Positions 26,632 through 36,337 are shown, counted from the stretch's first letter. The stretch: 64,000 nt of DNA from an uncultured Thermoleophilia bacterium (GCA_963735345.1 CAVTKL010000008.1:3283-67282); one strand, 5' to 3'. The notes: a model not told the origin generated them from the sequence alone. A program made the numbers and translations.

Positions 26632-29125
26632 ATGACGACACCTCTTCCCCGCAATCGCGTCGCTCGCGCCACGGTGGCATCCGTCGCTGCCATCCTGCTG
26701 GCGGTAGTCGGCGTTTGGCTTGCCCCAAGGGTCAGCGAGTCGTACGCCTCGTGGCTGCGATCACCTGCGGTCCGCGCGCACACTGTGGAAGTGCAGGGGG
26801 CCATGCCTGTCCGCGTGGTGGCGTCGCATCCGGCTGAGGAGCGGCTTTCCGGCGAGAAGACGTCCGGCAATGGCCCCGGGACGAAGTCGGCGTCTGAAGG
26901 GCCGGCGGGGAAGGCTCCCGAACTCGACGCCGGCTTGCGCTTCACGATGGTCGGGCTCCAGTGCCGACCGCCGAAGAGCCGCGCGACTGTGACGATCAGG
27001 CTGCGCACCAGCGAGGACGGCGTCGCTTGGAGCGCCTGGTACTCAGCGGATCTCGAGTACGCCGCCGAATTCGGCGGCACCCCTCAGGCCTTCACGGAGG
27101 CGTTGTGGACGGGGAGCGGCCGCTACATCCAGGTGGCCGCCGAGGCGCAGGAAGGGTCGGCGCCGGCAGTGCTCGATGACGTGCGTCTTACGGCGATCAG
27201 CACTGCGGAGGACGCCGATCCCGTCGCTCGGGGGCTCGGCGTCGTGCGACGGGTCGCCATGACCATCGCCAGTCTTGAGTTCGCGTCGCCCTCCCGAGCG
27301 ATGACCACTCAGCCGACCATCGTGAGGCGCGCCCAATGGGGCGCCGACGAGTCGTGGCGCACGGGCGAGCCGTCTGTGGCGCCGGTCAAGATGGCGTTCG
27401 TCCATCACACGGGGAGCGGCAACAGCTACACGCGCGCGGAGGCGCCGGCCATCGTACGGGGCGCCTACTACTACCACACGAAGTCGTTGGGCTGGTCCGA
27501 CATCGGCTACAACTTCCTCATCGATCGCTACGGCACGGTCTACGAGGGACGGTACGGGGGCATCAGCGAGGGGGTGATCGGCGCTCAGACGCTGGGCTAC
27601 AACACCGGCAGCACCGGCATCTCGGTGATCGGCGAGTACACGCACGCCGCCCCACCCGCGGCGGCGGTGAATGCTCTGAAGAGGCTGCTCGCATGGAAGC
27701 TCGACGTGCATCATGTGGACCCTGCTTCGCGCGTGAAGATGGTGTGCAGCTACGGGAGCCGGTATGCGACCGGGCAGGTCGTCGACTTCCCCGCGATCGC
27801 CGGTCATCGCGACGCCAACTTCACGGACTGTCCCGGCAACAAGCTCTACGCGCTGCTGCCGTCCATCCGCCGGGCGGTAGCCTCTCAGGGCCTCCCCAAG
27901 ATCTACCATCCATCTGTCGGCGTTCCGTTCCTGAGCCCGGATCGCGATGGGAACAACGACAAGACGAGCCTGGATTTCACGATGTCGGCGGCAGCGGATT
28001 GGCGGATCGATGTGCGCGACAGCGCCGGAGCCACTGTGCGCACGTTCAATGGGTCGGGCCTGGCCGCCAAGGCCGAGTGGGACGGCAGGAGCGCCGCTGG
28101 AGTCGCTCAGCCGGACGGCGCATACACGGTGGTCATGAGCGCCGAGACGGCGAATGGAGTCGCCCGCCCGGCCACGGCGACGGTCGTGCTCGACACGGTG
28201 CGCCCGAAGCTGGCGAGCGCCGGGATCTCCCCAGATCCCTTCAGCCCCAACGGCGATGGGCAAGGGGATGAGACGACGGTGAGCTTCACCCCCAACGAGG
28301 CCTGCTCGTCGAGGGTGTCCGTGCTCGGCAGCGGCACGGTCCTGCGCCGTTTGAGCGCGTGGTCGACGTCGACCGTGGGTCGAACCGCGATCCGCTGGAA
28401 GGGGGAGGTGGGCGCCGGAGACACTCTCTCGCCTGCCGCTGAAGGGCCTACCGTCATCGAGATAGCGCTGCGTGACAGAGCGGGGAACACCGCTGCCTTC
28501 ACCCGGGGCGTGCGCCTCGATCGCACGCTGGGCTTTCCGTCTGCCGCCCCAAGCACCTTCTCTCCGAATGGTGACGGCGTCCAGGATGCCGTGACCCTCG
28601 GTTTCAAGCTCACGCGCAAGGCGACCGTCACCGTTGAGGCGTGCGCGGGAGGCGCCGTGCTGCGCACTCTGGATCAAGGTGAGCTCAGCGCGGGCGCCCA
28701 CTCGCTCGAGTGGGACGGCAGCCTGGCGAGCGAGATCGCCTTGCCCAGCGGCTTCTACCAGTTCCGCGTGAGGGCCTCGGGTGCGATGGGCACCAGCGTC
28801 GTCTCCGTGCCCTTCACCGTCGATCGCTACCTGCCGCGGATCTCGGCGCCTGAGAAGGCGAGCGCGACCTATAGGGAGTACGGCCCGGATCGGTTACACC
28901 GTCCGGGACCCGTACAGTCCCAAGGTGAAGGTGTGGGCCGTCGTGAAGGACGCGCGAGGCGCGACGGTCGCGACGGTGGCCTGCGGCTGGGTCGCGCAAG
29001 GCAAGGCCCAGACTTGCGCCTGGCGACCGCCGGCAAGAGGCGTCTACGCCCTGGCCTTCAACGCCGCGGATCGCGGGGGCAATCGGCAGAACGCCGTGCG
29101 CACGACGTTGCTGACCGTACGCTGA
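26632..29125 (+). pseudogene. N-acetylmuramoyl-L-alanine amidase (Amidase_2/PGRP) with several Ig-like (FlgD-Ig type) repeats; frame broken near 28,867-28,890
   Basis: Signal anchor, then HHTGSGNSY, IGYNFLIDRYG, GHRDANFTDCPG. Repeated FSPNGDG/SPDRDGNND modules follow. The last Ig-like module (IGYTVRDPYSPKVKVWAVVKDARG...NAADRGGN...LLTVR) is in the +1 frame (ORF 28781..29125). The original frame turns Arg-rich after ~28,890. Confidence 0.75.
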
Positions 29126-29160
29126 CCCCGCGGGGCATGACGCCCGATGGTGAGGAACGA

Positions 29161-29192
29161 CCGCCGGACGGCGCCTGCGGCGCGTCCGGCGG
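29161..29192. terminator. Hairpin between convergent genes (CCGCCGGACG-N12-CGTCCGGCGG)
   Basis: 10-bp perfect stem located between stops at 29125 (+) and 29204 (-). Confidence 0.45.
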
Positions 29193-29203
29193 TCGCCGCT
29201 TCT

Positions 29204-29998
29204 TCATGCCGCGGCACTCTCCCGGCGCCAGCGACAGTGTGGGATGGGGCACGTCGCCATGCGCTCGGCATCGCAGAGTTCGCAGCGCTGGGCGGCCATG
29301 CTGATGGGGAGGTCGAAGTTCCCCTGCGGGGCGTCTCCCAGGCGCATGACCGCGTGGAGCGCTCGGGAGACCGCCTTCATGTCGGCGAACGTGTCGGCCT
29401 TCTCGGGCAGATCGATCAGGCCCATGCGCACGGCGCGCTTGCGTACGCGACCGTCCGGCACGCAGGCGAAGCGGTCGAGGGCCTCGTCGTCCCAGAGCCC
29501 GTGGCGGCGCATCTCGCGTACGGCCCAGAAGGCGCGTGACTTCAGGGCGCCGCCGGAACACGCGTGCAGCACGTCCACGGCGACGTCCGGATCCGGCGGC
29601 TGCGGCAGAAGCCCGCTCCAGGAGCCGCGCGTCTCCGCAAGGCGCGTGAAGTCGATGATCTTGCCCTTGCTGTCGCTGCGCGATACCGGGGGGTCCAGCG
29701 CGTAGCGCTTGAGATCGAACTCATCGGCGAAGAGCGCGTCGACGACGCCCGCGGTGTCCAGACGGCGCCAGTCCGCGTGCACGACCGCCTCGGGGGCGGG
29801 CTGCGCCGCCAGCGCCCCGTAGCAGAGCAACTTGAAGAAGAGCCGGGCCTGCTGGTCTGGGTCGGACGCCGCGAAGCTCTCGCGCTCGTCCGGGCTGAGC
29901 ACGTCCGCCGGCTGTCGCTCCGCGGCGGCGAAGGCCTGGGTGAGAAAGGCGATGTTCTCGCGGCGTTCACGATTGGTGAGCGTGGTCGATTCGTTCAC
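29204..29998 (-). CDS. Hypothetical protein with C-terminal four-Cys motif (possibly HhH/DUF2400-like glycosylase-superfamily fold)
   Basis: GTG 29998 is 5 nt after GGGAG. C-terminus is CELCDAERMATCPIPHC. The segment VPDGRVRKRAVRMGLIDLP resembles the HhH region of TIGR02757/DUF2400 proteins; this is from memory and weak. Confidence 0.55.
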   Translation of the reverse strand: MNESTTLTNRERRENIAFLTQAFAAAERQPADVLSPDERESFAASDPDQQARLFFKLLCYGALAAQPAPEAVVHADWRRLDTAGVVDALFADEFDLKRYALDPPVSRSDSKGKIIDFTRLAETRGSWSGLLPQPPDPDVAVDVLHACSGGALKSRAFWAVREMRRHGLWDDEALDRFACVPDGRVRKRAVRMGLIDLPEKADTFADMKAVSRALHAVMRLGDAPQGNFDLPISMAAQRCELCDAERMATCPIPHCRWRRESAAA

Positions 29999-30239
29999 GG
30001 TTGCTCCCACGTTGCTGATTGGAATGAGCTGCCGGCCGGCATGCCACGGTCGGATGCTACGCGGGCGCCGTGTCCTCGCGAAGGCTGACAATAGGGCACG
30101 GCGGGTGACGCCTGCAGTTTCGCCTGGTGTACAATCGACACACGATCTGCCCATCGTTGACGCCGAATGCAGACTGAAGTAGTCTTGTTGCCGGTCCCCA
30201 CGGAGCGGAGGTACGCGCCATTCACCACGACATCAGATC

Positions 30240-33200
30240 ATGACGTCACTAGGCCTCGATATCGGCTGCATCAGCCTCAAAGCGGCCCTCGTGGGCGACG
30301 TTCACGACTCGGCCCTCTTCTCTGATCTTCTCGCCCGGCACCCCGACCTCTTCCATGTCCCCGTCAATGGGTTGACGCTGGTCGACGGACGGCCGCTGCT
30401 CGTGACGCAGTACCGGCGCATCAAGGGTGGGCCCGGGGAGGCGACGAAGGCGCTCGTCGACGAGTTGCTCGCGGTCCTGCCCGAGGGCAAGCTCGCGGGC
30501 GTGCGCGTGACCGGCTCCGGAGGTCGCCTCATTGGCCAGGCCATCGAAGCCAGCTTCGAGAACGAGTTCAAGGCCATCACGCGCGGCATGACGCGGCTGC
30601 ACCCCGAAGCGCATACCGTCTTCGAGATGGGTGGCGAGACCTCCAAGTTCATCCGTCTCGAGGTCATCGACGAGGGCAGTTGCGCGGGGATCGTCGACTA
30701 CCAGAGCAACGGCGACTGCGCCGCCGGCACGGGGTCCTTCATGGACCAGCAGGCAAGTCGCCTGCTGTACGACATCGAGGACGTGGGCGACATCGTGCTC
30801 GATGCCGGCAAGGCGGCGAGCATCGCCGGGCGCTGCAGCGTGTTCGCCAAGAGCGACATGATCCATGCGCAGCAGAAGGGCTACCAGCCGCCGGAGGTCT
30901 TGCGCGGGTTGTGCGACGCGGTGATCCGCAATTTCAAGGGGACCATCGCCAAGGGCAAGGTCGTCGAGGCGCCGGTCGCGTTCATCGGCGGCGTGGCCGC
31001 CAACAAGGGCGCCGTCCAGGCGCTGCGCGAGGCCTTCGACCTCGAAGACGAGGAACTCTTCGTCCCTGAGTTCCACAGTTCCATGGGCGCCATCGGCGCG
31101 GCCCTGATCGAGGCGGACTTCGACGCGGCGCGCGACGCGGCGCTCGGCGGGCTCGACGCGGATCGGCTGCCCGCCGCCGACTTCCCCGTCACGGAACCGC
31201 TCTCCATGGACCGCGTGGTGCTCCTCCGCGACATGGCCATTCCCTATGAGTTCTCCGACGACCGCGTCGTCGACGTGTTCATGGGCATCGACATCGGCTC
31301 GGTGTCCACGAACCTCGTGCTCGTCGACGCCGAGGGGCGCGTGGTCAAAGAGATCTACACCAAGACGGACGCGCGCCCCGTGGAGGTCGTGGGGAAGGCA
31401 CTGCTCGACGTCCACAACGAGATCGGCGCGCGGATCAACCTTCTGGGCGTCGGCACGACCGGGTCTGGGCGCGAACTCATCGGTGAGCTCTGCGGGGCCG
31501 ATGTGATCACCGACGAGATCACGGCGCACAAGACCGGCGCCGACTTCGTCGGGCGCAAGATCGATCGCCAGGTCGACACCATCTTCGAGATCGGCGGTCA
31601 AGACTCCAAATTCATCAGCCTCCAGGACGGGATCGTCGTCGACTTCGCCATGAACGAGGCCTGCGCCGCCGGCACCGGCTCCTTCCTTGAGGAACAGGCC
31701 GAGAAGCTGGGCATCAACATCATCGATGAGTTCGCGCGCCTCGCGCTCAGCTCGCCGGCGCCCATCCGCCTTGGCGAACGCTGCACCGTGTTCATGGAGC
31801 GCGACGTCATGGCCTACCAGCAGCGCGGCGCGCGCCGCGAAGACCTCGTCGCCGGTCTGGCCTTCTCGATCGCCACCAACTACCTCAACCGGCTCGTGCG
31901 CGAGCGTACTGTGGGCGACTGCATCTTCTTCCAGGGCGGCACCGCCTACAACGATGCCGTCGCCGCCGCTTTCAGCCAGATCCTCGGCAAAGAGGTCATC
32001 GTGCCGCCACACAACGGCGTGATCGGCGCGCTCGGCATGGCGCTCCTTGCCAGGGAGCGCGTGCAGCGTACCGGCGAGGCCACCTCGTTCCGCGGCTGGG
32101 ACCTGCAGGAGGTGGACTACACGGTCGTCGATTTCGTCTGCAAGGCCTGCGCCAACGCCTGCGACGTGCGGCAGTTCACCATCGAGGGCGAGAAGACCTA
32201 CTGGGGCGACAAATGCTCCGATCGGTACCGGCGGCCGGCCAAGATCGACAAGCAACCTGTGATTGCCGACTTGGTCGCGTATCGCGAGGAGCGGCTCCTG
32301 GCGCCCTATGAGGCAGCAGTCGCCGCAGCCGCGAAAGGCGCCCGCACGGTCGGCATCCCGAGGAGCATGTACACCTACGACAGGCTGCCCTTCTGGGCCA
32401 CCTTCTTCGCCGAACTCGGCCTGCGTCCCTTGTTGTCGCCGGAGAGCGACAAGAAGATCCGCGAGGCCGGCGTCGATCTCACGGTCGCCGAGCCATGCTT
32501 CCCGATCCGCGTCGCCCACGGCCATGTGCAGTGGCTCGCGGAGAACGGCGCCGACTACATCTTCCTGCCCAATCAGGTGAACGAAGAGACCGAGTTCATG
32601 CAGGTCAACTCGCACGCCTGCCCGTGGGGTCAGACGCTCCCCTTCGTGGTGCGCACCGCCCCCGGGATCGAGGAGCATCGCGAGAAGCTTCTGGCGCCGC
32701 GCGTCAGGTTCCGCGACGGTCGTGCCGGGCTGCTGCGCGATATGGCCGACATGGGCGTGACGCTGGGCGTCGGCAAGGCGCGGTTGGGCGCTGCCCTGGA
32801 CCGCGCTTACGCCGCGCAGCAGGCGTTTCGTGATTCCCTGCTGGAGGCCGGGCGTGAGGCTCTGGACGTGCTGGCGCGGACCGGCGAGCCGGGCATCGTG
32901 CTCGTCGGTCGTTCGTACAACGTGTTCGACAAGGGCATCAACATGGACATCCCGCGGAAGCTGCGCAAGTTCTACGGGGTGAATCTGATCCCGCTCGACT
33001 TCCTGCCGATCTCCGGCATCGAGCTCGACGACATCGTGCCCAACATGTTCTGGAACTACGGACGCAAGATCCTGCAGGCAGCGCGTTTCGTGCGCGACTA
33101 TGAGGACCTCCACCTGATCTACATGACCAACTTCAAGTGCGGCCCCGACTCCTACATCAAGCACTACATCCGCGAGGCGTCCGGCAAGCCGTTCCTCTCG

Positions 33201-33353
33201 TTGCAGTTCGACGAGCACCAGAACGACGCCGGGGCGATGACCCGCTGCGAAGCCTATCTCGACAGCAAGGGATTCCTGCGCACCTGGTCCCAGCACGACG
33301 ACGATGGCGCCTGCGCGCCTCGCTTGGAGGTGGTGGGCGTTGTCCACTCCTGA
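30240..33353 (+). CDS. Double BadF/BadG/BcrA/BcrD-type ATPase (two 2-hydroxyacyl-CoA-dehydratase-activase-like modules) fused to a DUF2229-like C-terminal domain
   Basis: Two ASKHA phosphate-1 motifs: LGLDIGCISLKAAL and MGIDIGSVSTNLVLV. Two copies of C(A)AGTGSF(M/L). About 420-aa C-terminal extension. 1037 aa. Confidence 0.85.
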   Translation: MTSLGLDIGCISLKAALVGDVHDSALFSDLLARHPDLFHVPVNGLTLVDGRPLLVTQYRRIKGGPGEATKALVDELLAVLPEGKLAGVRVTGSGGRLIGQAIEASFENEFKAITRGMTRLHPEAHTVFEMGGETSKFIRLEVIDEGSCAGIVDYQSNGDCAAGTGSFMDQQASRLLYDIEDVGDIVLDAGKAASIAGRCSVFAKSDMIHAQQKGYQPPEVLRGLCDAVIRNFKGTIAKGKVVEAPVAFIGGVAANKGAVQALREAFDLEDEELFVPEFHSSMGAIGAALIEADFDAARDAALGGLDADRLPAADFPVTEPLSMDRVVLLRDMAIPYEFSDDRVVDVFMGIDIGSVSTNLVLVDAEGRVVKEIYTKTDARPVEVVGKALLDVHNEIGARINLLGVGTTGSGRELIGELCGADVITDEITAHKTGADFVGRKIDRQVDTIFEIGGQDSKFISLQDGIVVDFAMNEACAAGTGSFLEEQAEKLGINIIDEFARLALSSPAPIRLGERCTVFMERDVMAYQQRGARREDLVAGLAFSIATNYLNRLVRERTVGDCIFFQGGTAYNDAVAAAFSQILGKEVIVPPHNGVIGALGMALLARERVQRTGEATSFRGWDLQEVDYTVVDFVCKACANACDVRQFTIEGEKTYWGDKCSDRYRRPAKIDKQPVIADLVAYREERLLAPYEAAVAAAAKGARTVGIPRSMYTYDRLPFWATFFAELGLRPLLSPESDKKIREAGVDLTVAEPCFPIRVAHGHVQWLAENGADYIFLPNQVNEETEFMQVNSHACPWGQTLPFVVRTAPGIEEHREKLLAPRVRFRDGRAGLLRDMADMGVTLGVGKARLGAALDRAYAAQQAFRDSLLEAGREALDVLARTGEPGIVLVGRSYNVFDKGINMDIPRKLRKFYGVNLIPLDFLPISGIELDDIVPNMFWNYGRKILQAARFVRDYEDLHLIYMTNFKCGPDSYIKHYIREASGKPFLSLQFDEHQNDAGAMTRCEAYLDSKGFLRTWSQHDDDGACAPRLEVVGVVHS

Positions 33354-34641
33354 TCCCAAGCTGCAGCGCGCGATCAAGGAGTTCGGCCTCGAGGGCCGGA
33401 CGTTGTATGTCGCCCAGATGCCGTACGGCGGGAGCTACCTGTTGGCTGCGGCCATCCGCTCGCTCGGCTTCGACGCATGGCCGACCAACGATTCGGACGA
33501 GCGTACCCTCGAGTTGGGCGGCCGACACACGTCCGGCGACGAGTGCTACCCGCAGAAGATCACGCTGGGCGACTACCTGCGCGTCATCGAGGACGAGGGG
33601 CCCGACAAGGTCGCCTTTCTCATGCCGACCGCCAATGGACCCTGCCGCTTCGGTCAGTACCTGCACCTGGTGCGCGCCAAGTTCGACGAGCTCGGCTACA
33701 ACGACGTGCCGGTGATCACCATCAGCTCGAACGACGGCTACTCGTCGATCGGCGCCTACTCTGACGATCTCGTGCGCACCGCGTGGCGCGCCATCATCAG
33801 CCAGGACATCCTCATGAAGCTCCTGCTGAAGACGCGTCCCTACGAGATCGAGAGGGGCAGCGCCGATGCCGTGTACCAGCAGGGCCTTGAGGAGGTCGGC
33901 GCCGCGATCAGCGCGATGGGCGTCTCGAACAAGCAGCGTCTGGCGGCGATCGCCGCCGCACTGACAGTCACGCGGGACCGCTTCCGCGACCTGCCCGCCC
34001 GCTACGACCGCTCGCGGCCGCTGATCGGTGTCGTCGGCGAGATCTTCTGCCGGTTCAACACCTTCTCGAACTTCGATCTCATCCGGGTCGTCGAGTCGGA
34101 GGGCGGGGAGTGCTGGCTGGCCGACATCGGCGAATGGATCTGGTACACGGACGCCGAGCAGCGCCGCCGGTTCCACGAGGAGGGGCGGCGCTTCAGCAAG
34201 GACAACGCCGTCCGCGCCCTCAAGAGCAAGGTCATGCGCTCAGACGAGCACACACTCTACGCCCCGTTCAAGGACGACTTCGTCGGGTACGAGGAGCCGG
34301 AGGACGTGGGCGAGGTGCTCGAGATGAGTTTCCCCTACCTGCCGCACACCGGATCGCTGGGCGAGATGGTCCTCAGCAGCGGCAAGGCGGTGTACCTCTA
34401 CGGCAAGGGCGCCGACGGGATCATGGACATCAGCCCGTTCTCGTGCATGAACGGCATCGTCACCGAGGCCATCTATCCGCGGTTGCAGAAGGATCTCGGC
34501 AACATGCCCATCCGTACCTTCTACTTCGACGGTACGCAGGGCGACCTCGAACGCGACGTGGGGATCTTCCTGGAGCTCGCCAATACCTATGGACGGCGCA
34601 AGAAGAAGCCGCGCGTGTATCCGGCCTACTTCGGGGAGTGA
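33304..34641 (+). CDS. Activase-associated protein (2-hydroxyacyl-CoA dehydratase D-component/DUF2229-like)
   Basis: GDECYPQKITLGDY, MPTANGPCRFGQY, ISPFSCMNG. It overlaps the upstream gene. TTG 33340 (9 nt after GGAGG) is an alternative start to ATG 33304. Confidence 0.7.
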   Translation: MAPARLAWRWWALSTPDPKLQRAIKEFGLEGRTLYVAQMPYGGSYLLAAAIRSLGFDAWPTNDSDERTLELGGRHTSGDECYPQKITLGDYLRVIEDEGPDKVAFLMPTANGPCRFGQYLHLVRAKFDELGYNDVPVITISSNDGYSSIGAYSDDLVRTAWRAIISQDILMKLLLKTRPYEIERGSADAVYQQGLEEVGAAISAMGVSNKQRLAAIAAALTVTRDRFRDLPARYDRSRPLIGVVGEIFCRFNTFSNFDLIRVVESEGGECWLADIGEWIWYTDAEQRRRFHEEGRRFSKDNAVRALKSKVMRSDEHTLYAPFKDDFVGYEEPEDVGEVLEMSFPYLPHTGSLGEMVLSSGKAVYLYGKGADGIMDISPFSCMNGIVTEAIYPRLQKDLGNMPIRTFYFDGTQGDLERDVGIFLELANTYGRRKKKPRVYPAYFGE

Positions 34642-34817
34642 GGGATCGCGGATCGAGGAGGTGCCGGACGGGTCGTCCTGCGTGACGGGTTCGCCGAAGC
34701 CGCGATGAATCGCACGGCGCGGGTGATGGGGGCGAACGCGGGGACTATGACTACGTGACCGCTGGGGCGGCCGGTGTGAACTCGGGGCCTTGCGCCCGTG
34801 AGCAGACCTGAGGAAGC

Positions 34818-34955
34818 CTAGAAGCTGCGGCCGCGGCGCACGGTGTCGGCGACGTACACACGGATGTGGCCGCGTGCATCGCCGGACGGTGTGCTGATGA
34901 CCCGGCCGGAACCCTCGAAGAACTCAAGCAGTGAACTGAGCACGCGATTCTGCAC
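34818..34955 (-). CDS. 45-aa hypothetical protein with a strong RBS
   Basis: AAGGAGG (34968..34962), a 6-nt spacer, then GTG 34955. Peptide: (M)QNRVLSSLLEFFEGSGRVISTPSGDARGHIRVYVADTVRRGRSF. No family recognised. Confidence 0.5.
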   Translation of the reverse strand: MQNRVLSSLLEFFEGSGRVISTPSGDARGHIRVYVADTVRRGRSF

Positions 34956-34986
34956 GGCGTGCCTCCTTACGTGTGTACCCCGACTT

Positions 34987-35002
34987 TGTGTCGGCCTGCA
35001 CA
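34987..35002. promoter_or_regulatory. CRP/FNR-type palindrome TGTGT-N6-GCACA in a divergent intergenic region
   Basis: TGTGTCGGCCTGCACA read directly. It lies between the 45-aa gene (minus) and the cupin gene (plus). Compared with consensus TGTGA-N6-TCACA. Confidence 0.3.
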
Positions 35003-35146
35003 AATCCTATCTCCTGCGAGCGGCTGATGTCAAACCAGTGTCTGAGCGCGCCTCGCGGGCCAGCTGACCAAGATCAAGGTACTTCCAGACGTGGCTTGGG
35101 TAGGCTCACCGTGGCAAGGAATGGCCAGTGGCATCGGGAGGACAAG

Positions 35147-35467
35147 ATGGAACCGACGCAACCGATCGTCGCCGATCTCGAGGCGATGGCTCAGGTCGCC
35201 GACCAAGGGATCGTCAGCAAGTCGATCGTCGAGAACGAGCATCACAAGATCGTGCATTTCACGTTTGCGCCCGGCCAGGAACTGAGCGAGCACACCGCCA
35301 GCGTGCCGGCGGTGATCCACGTGCTCAAGGGTGAGGGCGTCGTGGTCCTCGGGGGCGAACGGTACGAGGCGGGCCCCGGCAAGCTGTACTACATGCCCGC
35401 CGATCTCAAGCACGCCGTGCAGGCGCGCGGTGAGTTGGTCTTCCTGCTCACGATGTTCCGCACCTGA
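35147..35467 (+). CDS. Cupin-domain protein
   Basis: ATG 35147 after GGGAGG. FAPGQELSEHTASVPAVIHVLKGEGVVVLGGE...YYMPADLKHAV. Confidence 0.8.
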   Translation: MEPTQPIVADLEAMAQVADQGIVSKSIVENEHHKIVHFTFAPGQELSEHTASVPAVIHVLKGEGVVVLGGERYEAGPGKLYYMPADLKHAVQARGELVFLLTMFRT

Positions 35468-35486
35468 CCGCGCGCGGCCCCGGCGG

Positions 35487-36335
35487 TCATGCGACGCGCA
35501 CGCCTCCGGGGCCGCTCGTAAGGAGGCCGTCCCGCTCGAGCAATGTGATCAACTCGACGACGGCGGCGGGGGAGAAGCCCGTGACCGCCGCCAAGTGGGC
35601 GACCGTCTGAGGGCCTCCCGTGAGGACGGTCTGCAACAGCTGCGAGCGCTGCCAGCGACGGGATCCGACGAAGGAATCCTGGCTGTGCCGCGAAGACACA
35701 CCACTGACGCGTGCCGTGAGCACCAGCGCGCCGTAGTCCATCAGGGCGTTGTGCCAGTCGCGACTGCGGCCGCGTGGCAGCACCGCCTCGGCGAGCGCCT
35801 GAAGGTCGGTCGCGCCGGTGTCGCGGGCGAGCCCGAGCTCGTGGGTGAGGACGCGGCGCACGTTCGTATCGACCGCGGCCACATCCTGATCGTAGGCGAA
35901 GACCAGCAGGGCGCGGGCCGTGTACGGTCCGACGCCGGGCAGGCGGAGGAGCTCCGGGAGGGTGCGTGGCAGCGCTGCGTCACCGTCGGCCGCAGTCTCC
36001 ACGGCCGCCGCGGCGCAGTCTCGCAGGCGTCTGGCGCGGGTGTTGTAGCCCAGGCCCTGCCAGCTGCGCAGCACGGCGTCGAACGGCGCCGCGGCGAGGT
36101 CCTCGAGCCGGGGATAGGCTTGCAGCCAGGCATGGTACTTGGGGACCACCCGGCTCACCTGCGTCTGCTGCAGCATGATCTCGCTGACGAGAACGGCGTA
36201 CGGGTCGCGCGTATGGCGCCAGGGCAGGTCGCGGCCGTTGGCCGAGTACCAGCTGAGAAGGCGTTCCTGGAGTTCGGCGACCGCTGCGGTGTCAAGTGCG
36301 GGGAGGCGCTTCTGCTTCGCGCGTCGAGCGGTCAT
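35487..36335 (-). CDS. HhH-GPD DNA glycosylase (MutY/EndoIII-like) lacking the Fe-S Cys loop, with C-terminal winged-helix-like domain
   Basis: DLPWRHTRDPYAVLVSEIMLQQTQVSRV, LPGVGPYTARALL, catalytic-Asp context VDTNVRRVL. No Cys occurs after MDYGALV. The tail VAHLAAVTGFSPAAVVELITLLERDGLL looks like a wHTH. Confidence 0.8.
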   Translation of the reverse strand: MTARRAKQKRLPALDTAAVAELQERLLSWYSANGRDLPWRHTRDPYAVLVSEIMLQQTQVSRVVPKYHAWLQAYPRLEDLAAAPFDAVLRSWQGLGYNTRARRLRDCAAAAVETAADGDAALPRTLPELLRLPGVGPYTARALLVFAYDQDVAAVDTNVRRVLTHELGLARDTGATDLQALAEAVLPRGRSRDWHNALMDYGALVLTARVSGVSSRHSQDSFVGSRRWQRSQLLQTVLTGGPQTVAHLAAVTGFSPAAVVELITLLERDGLLTSGPGGVRVA

Positions 36336-36337
36336 CG

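Noticed and set aside
30249-33377. 1042-aa minus-strand ORF
   Set aside because: Mirror frame of the double BadF-type ATPase gene. The plus-strand product has strong family motifs and the minus-strand product has none.
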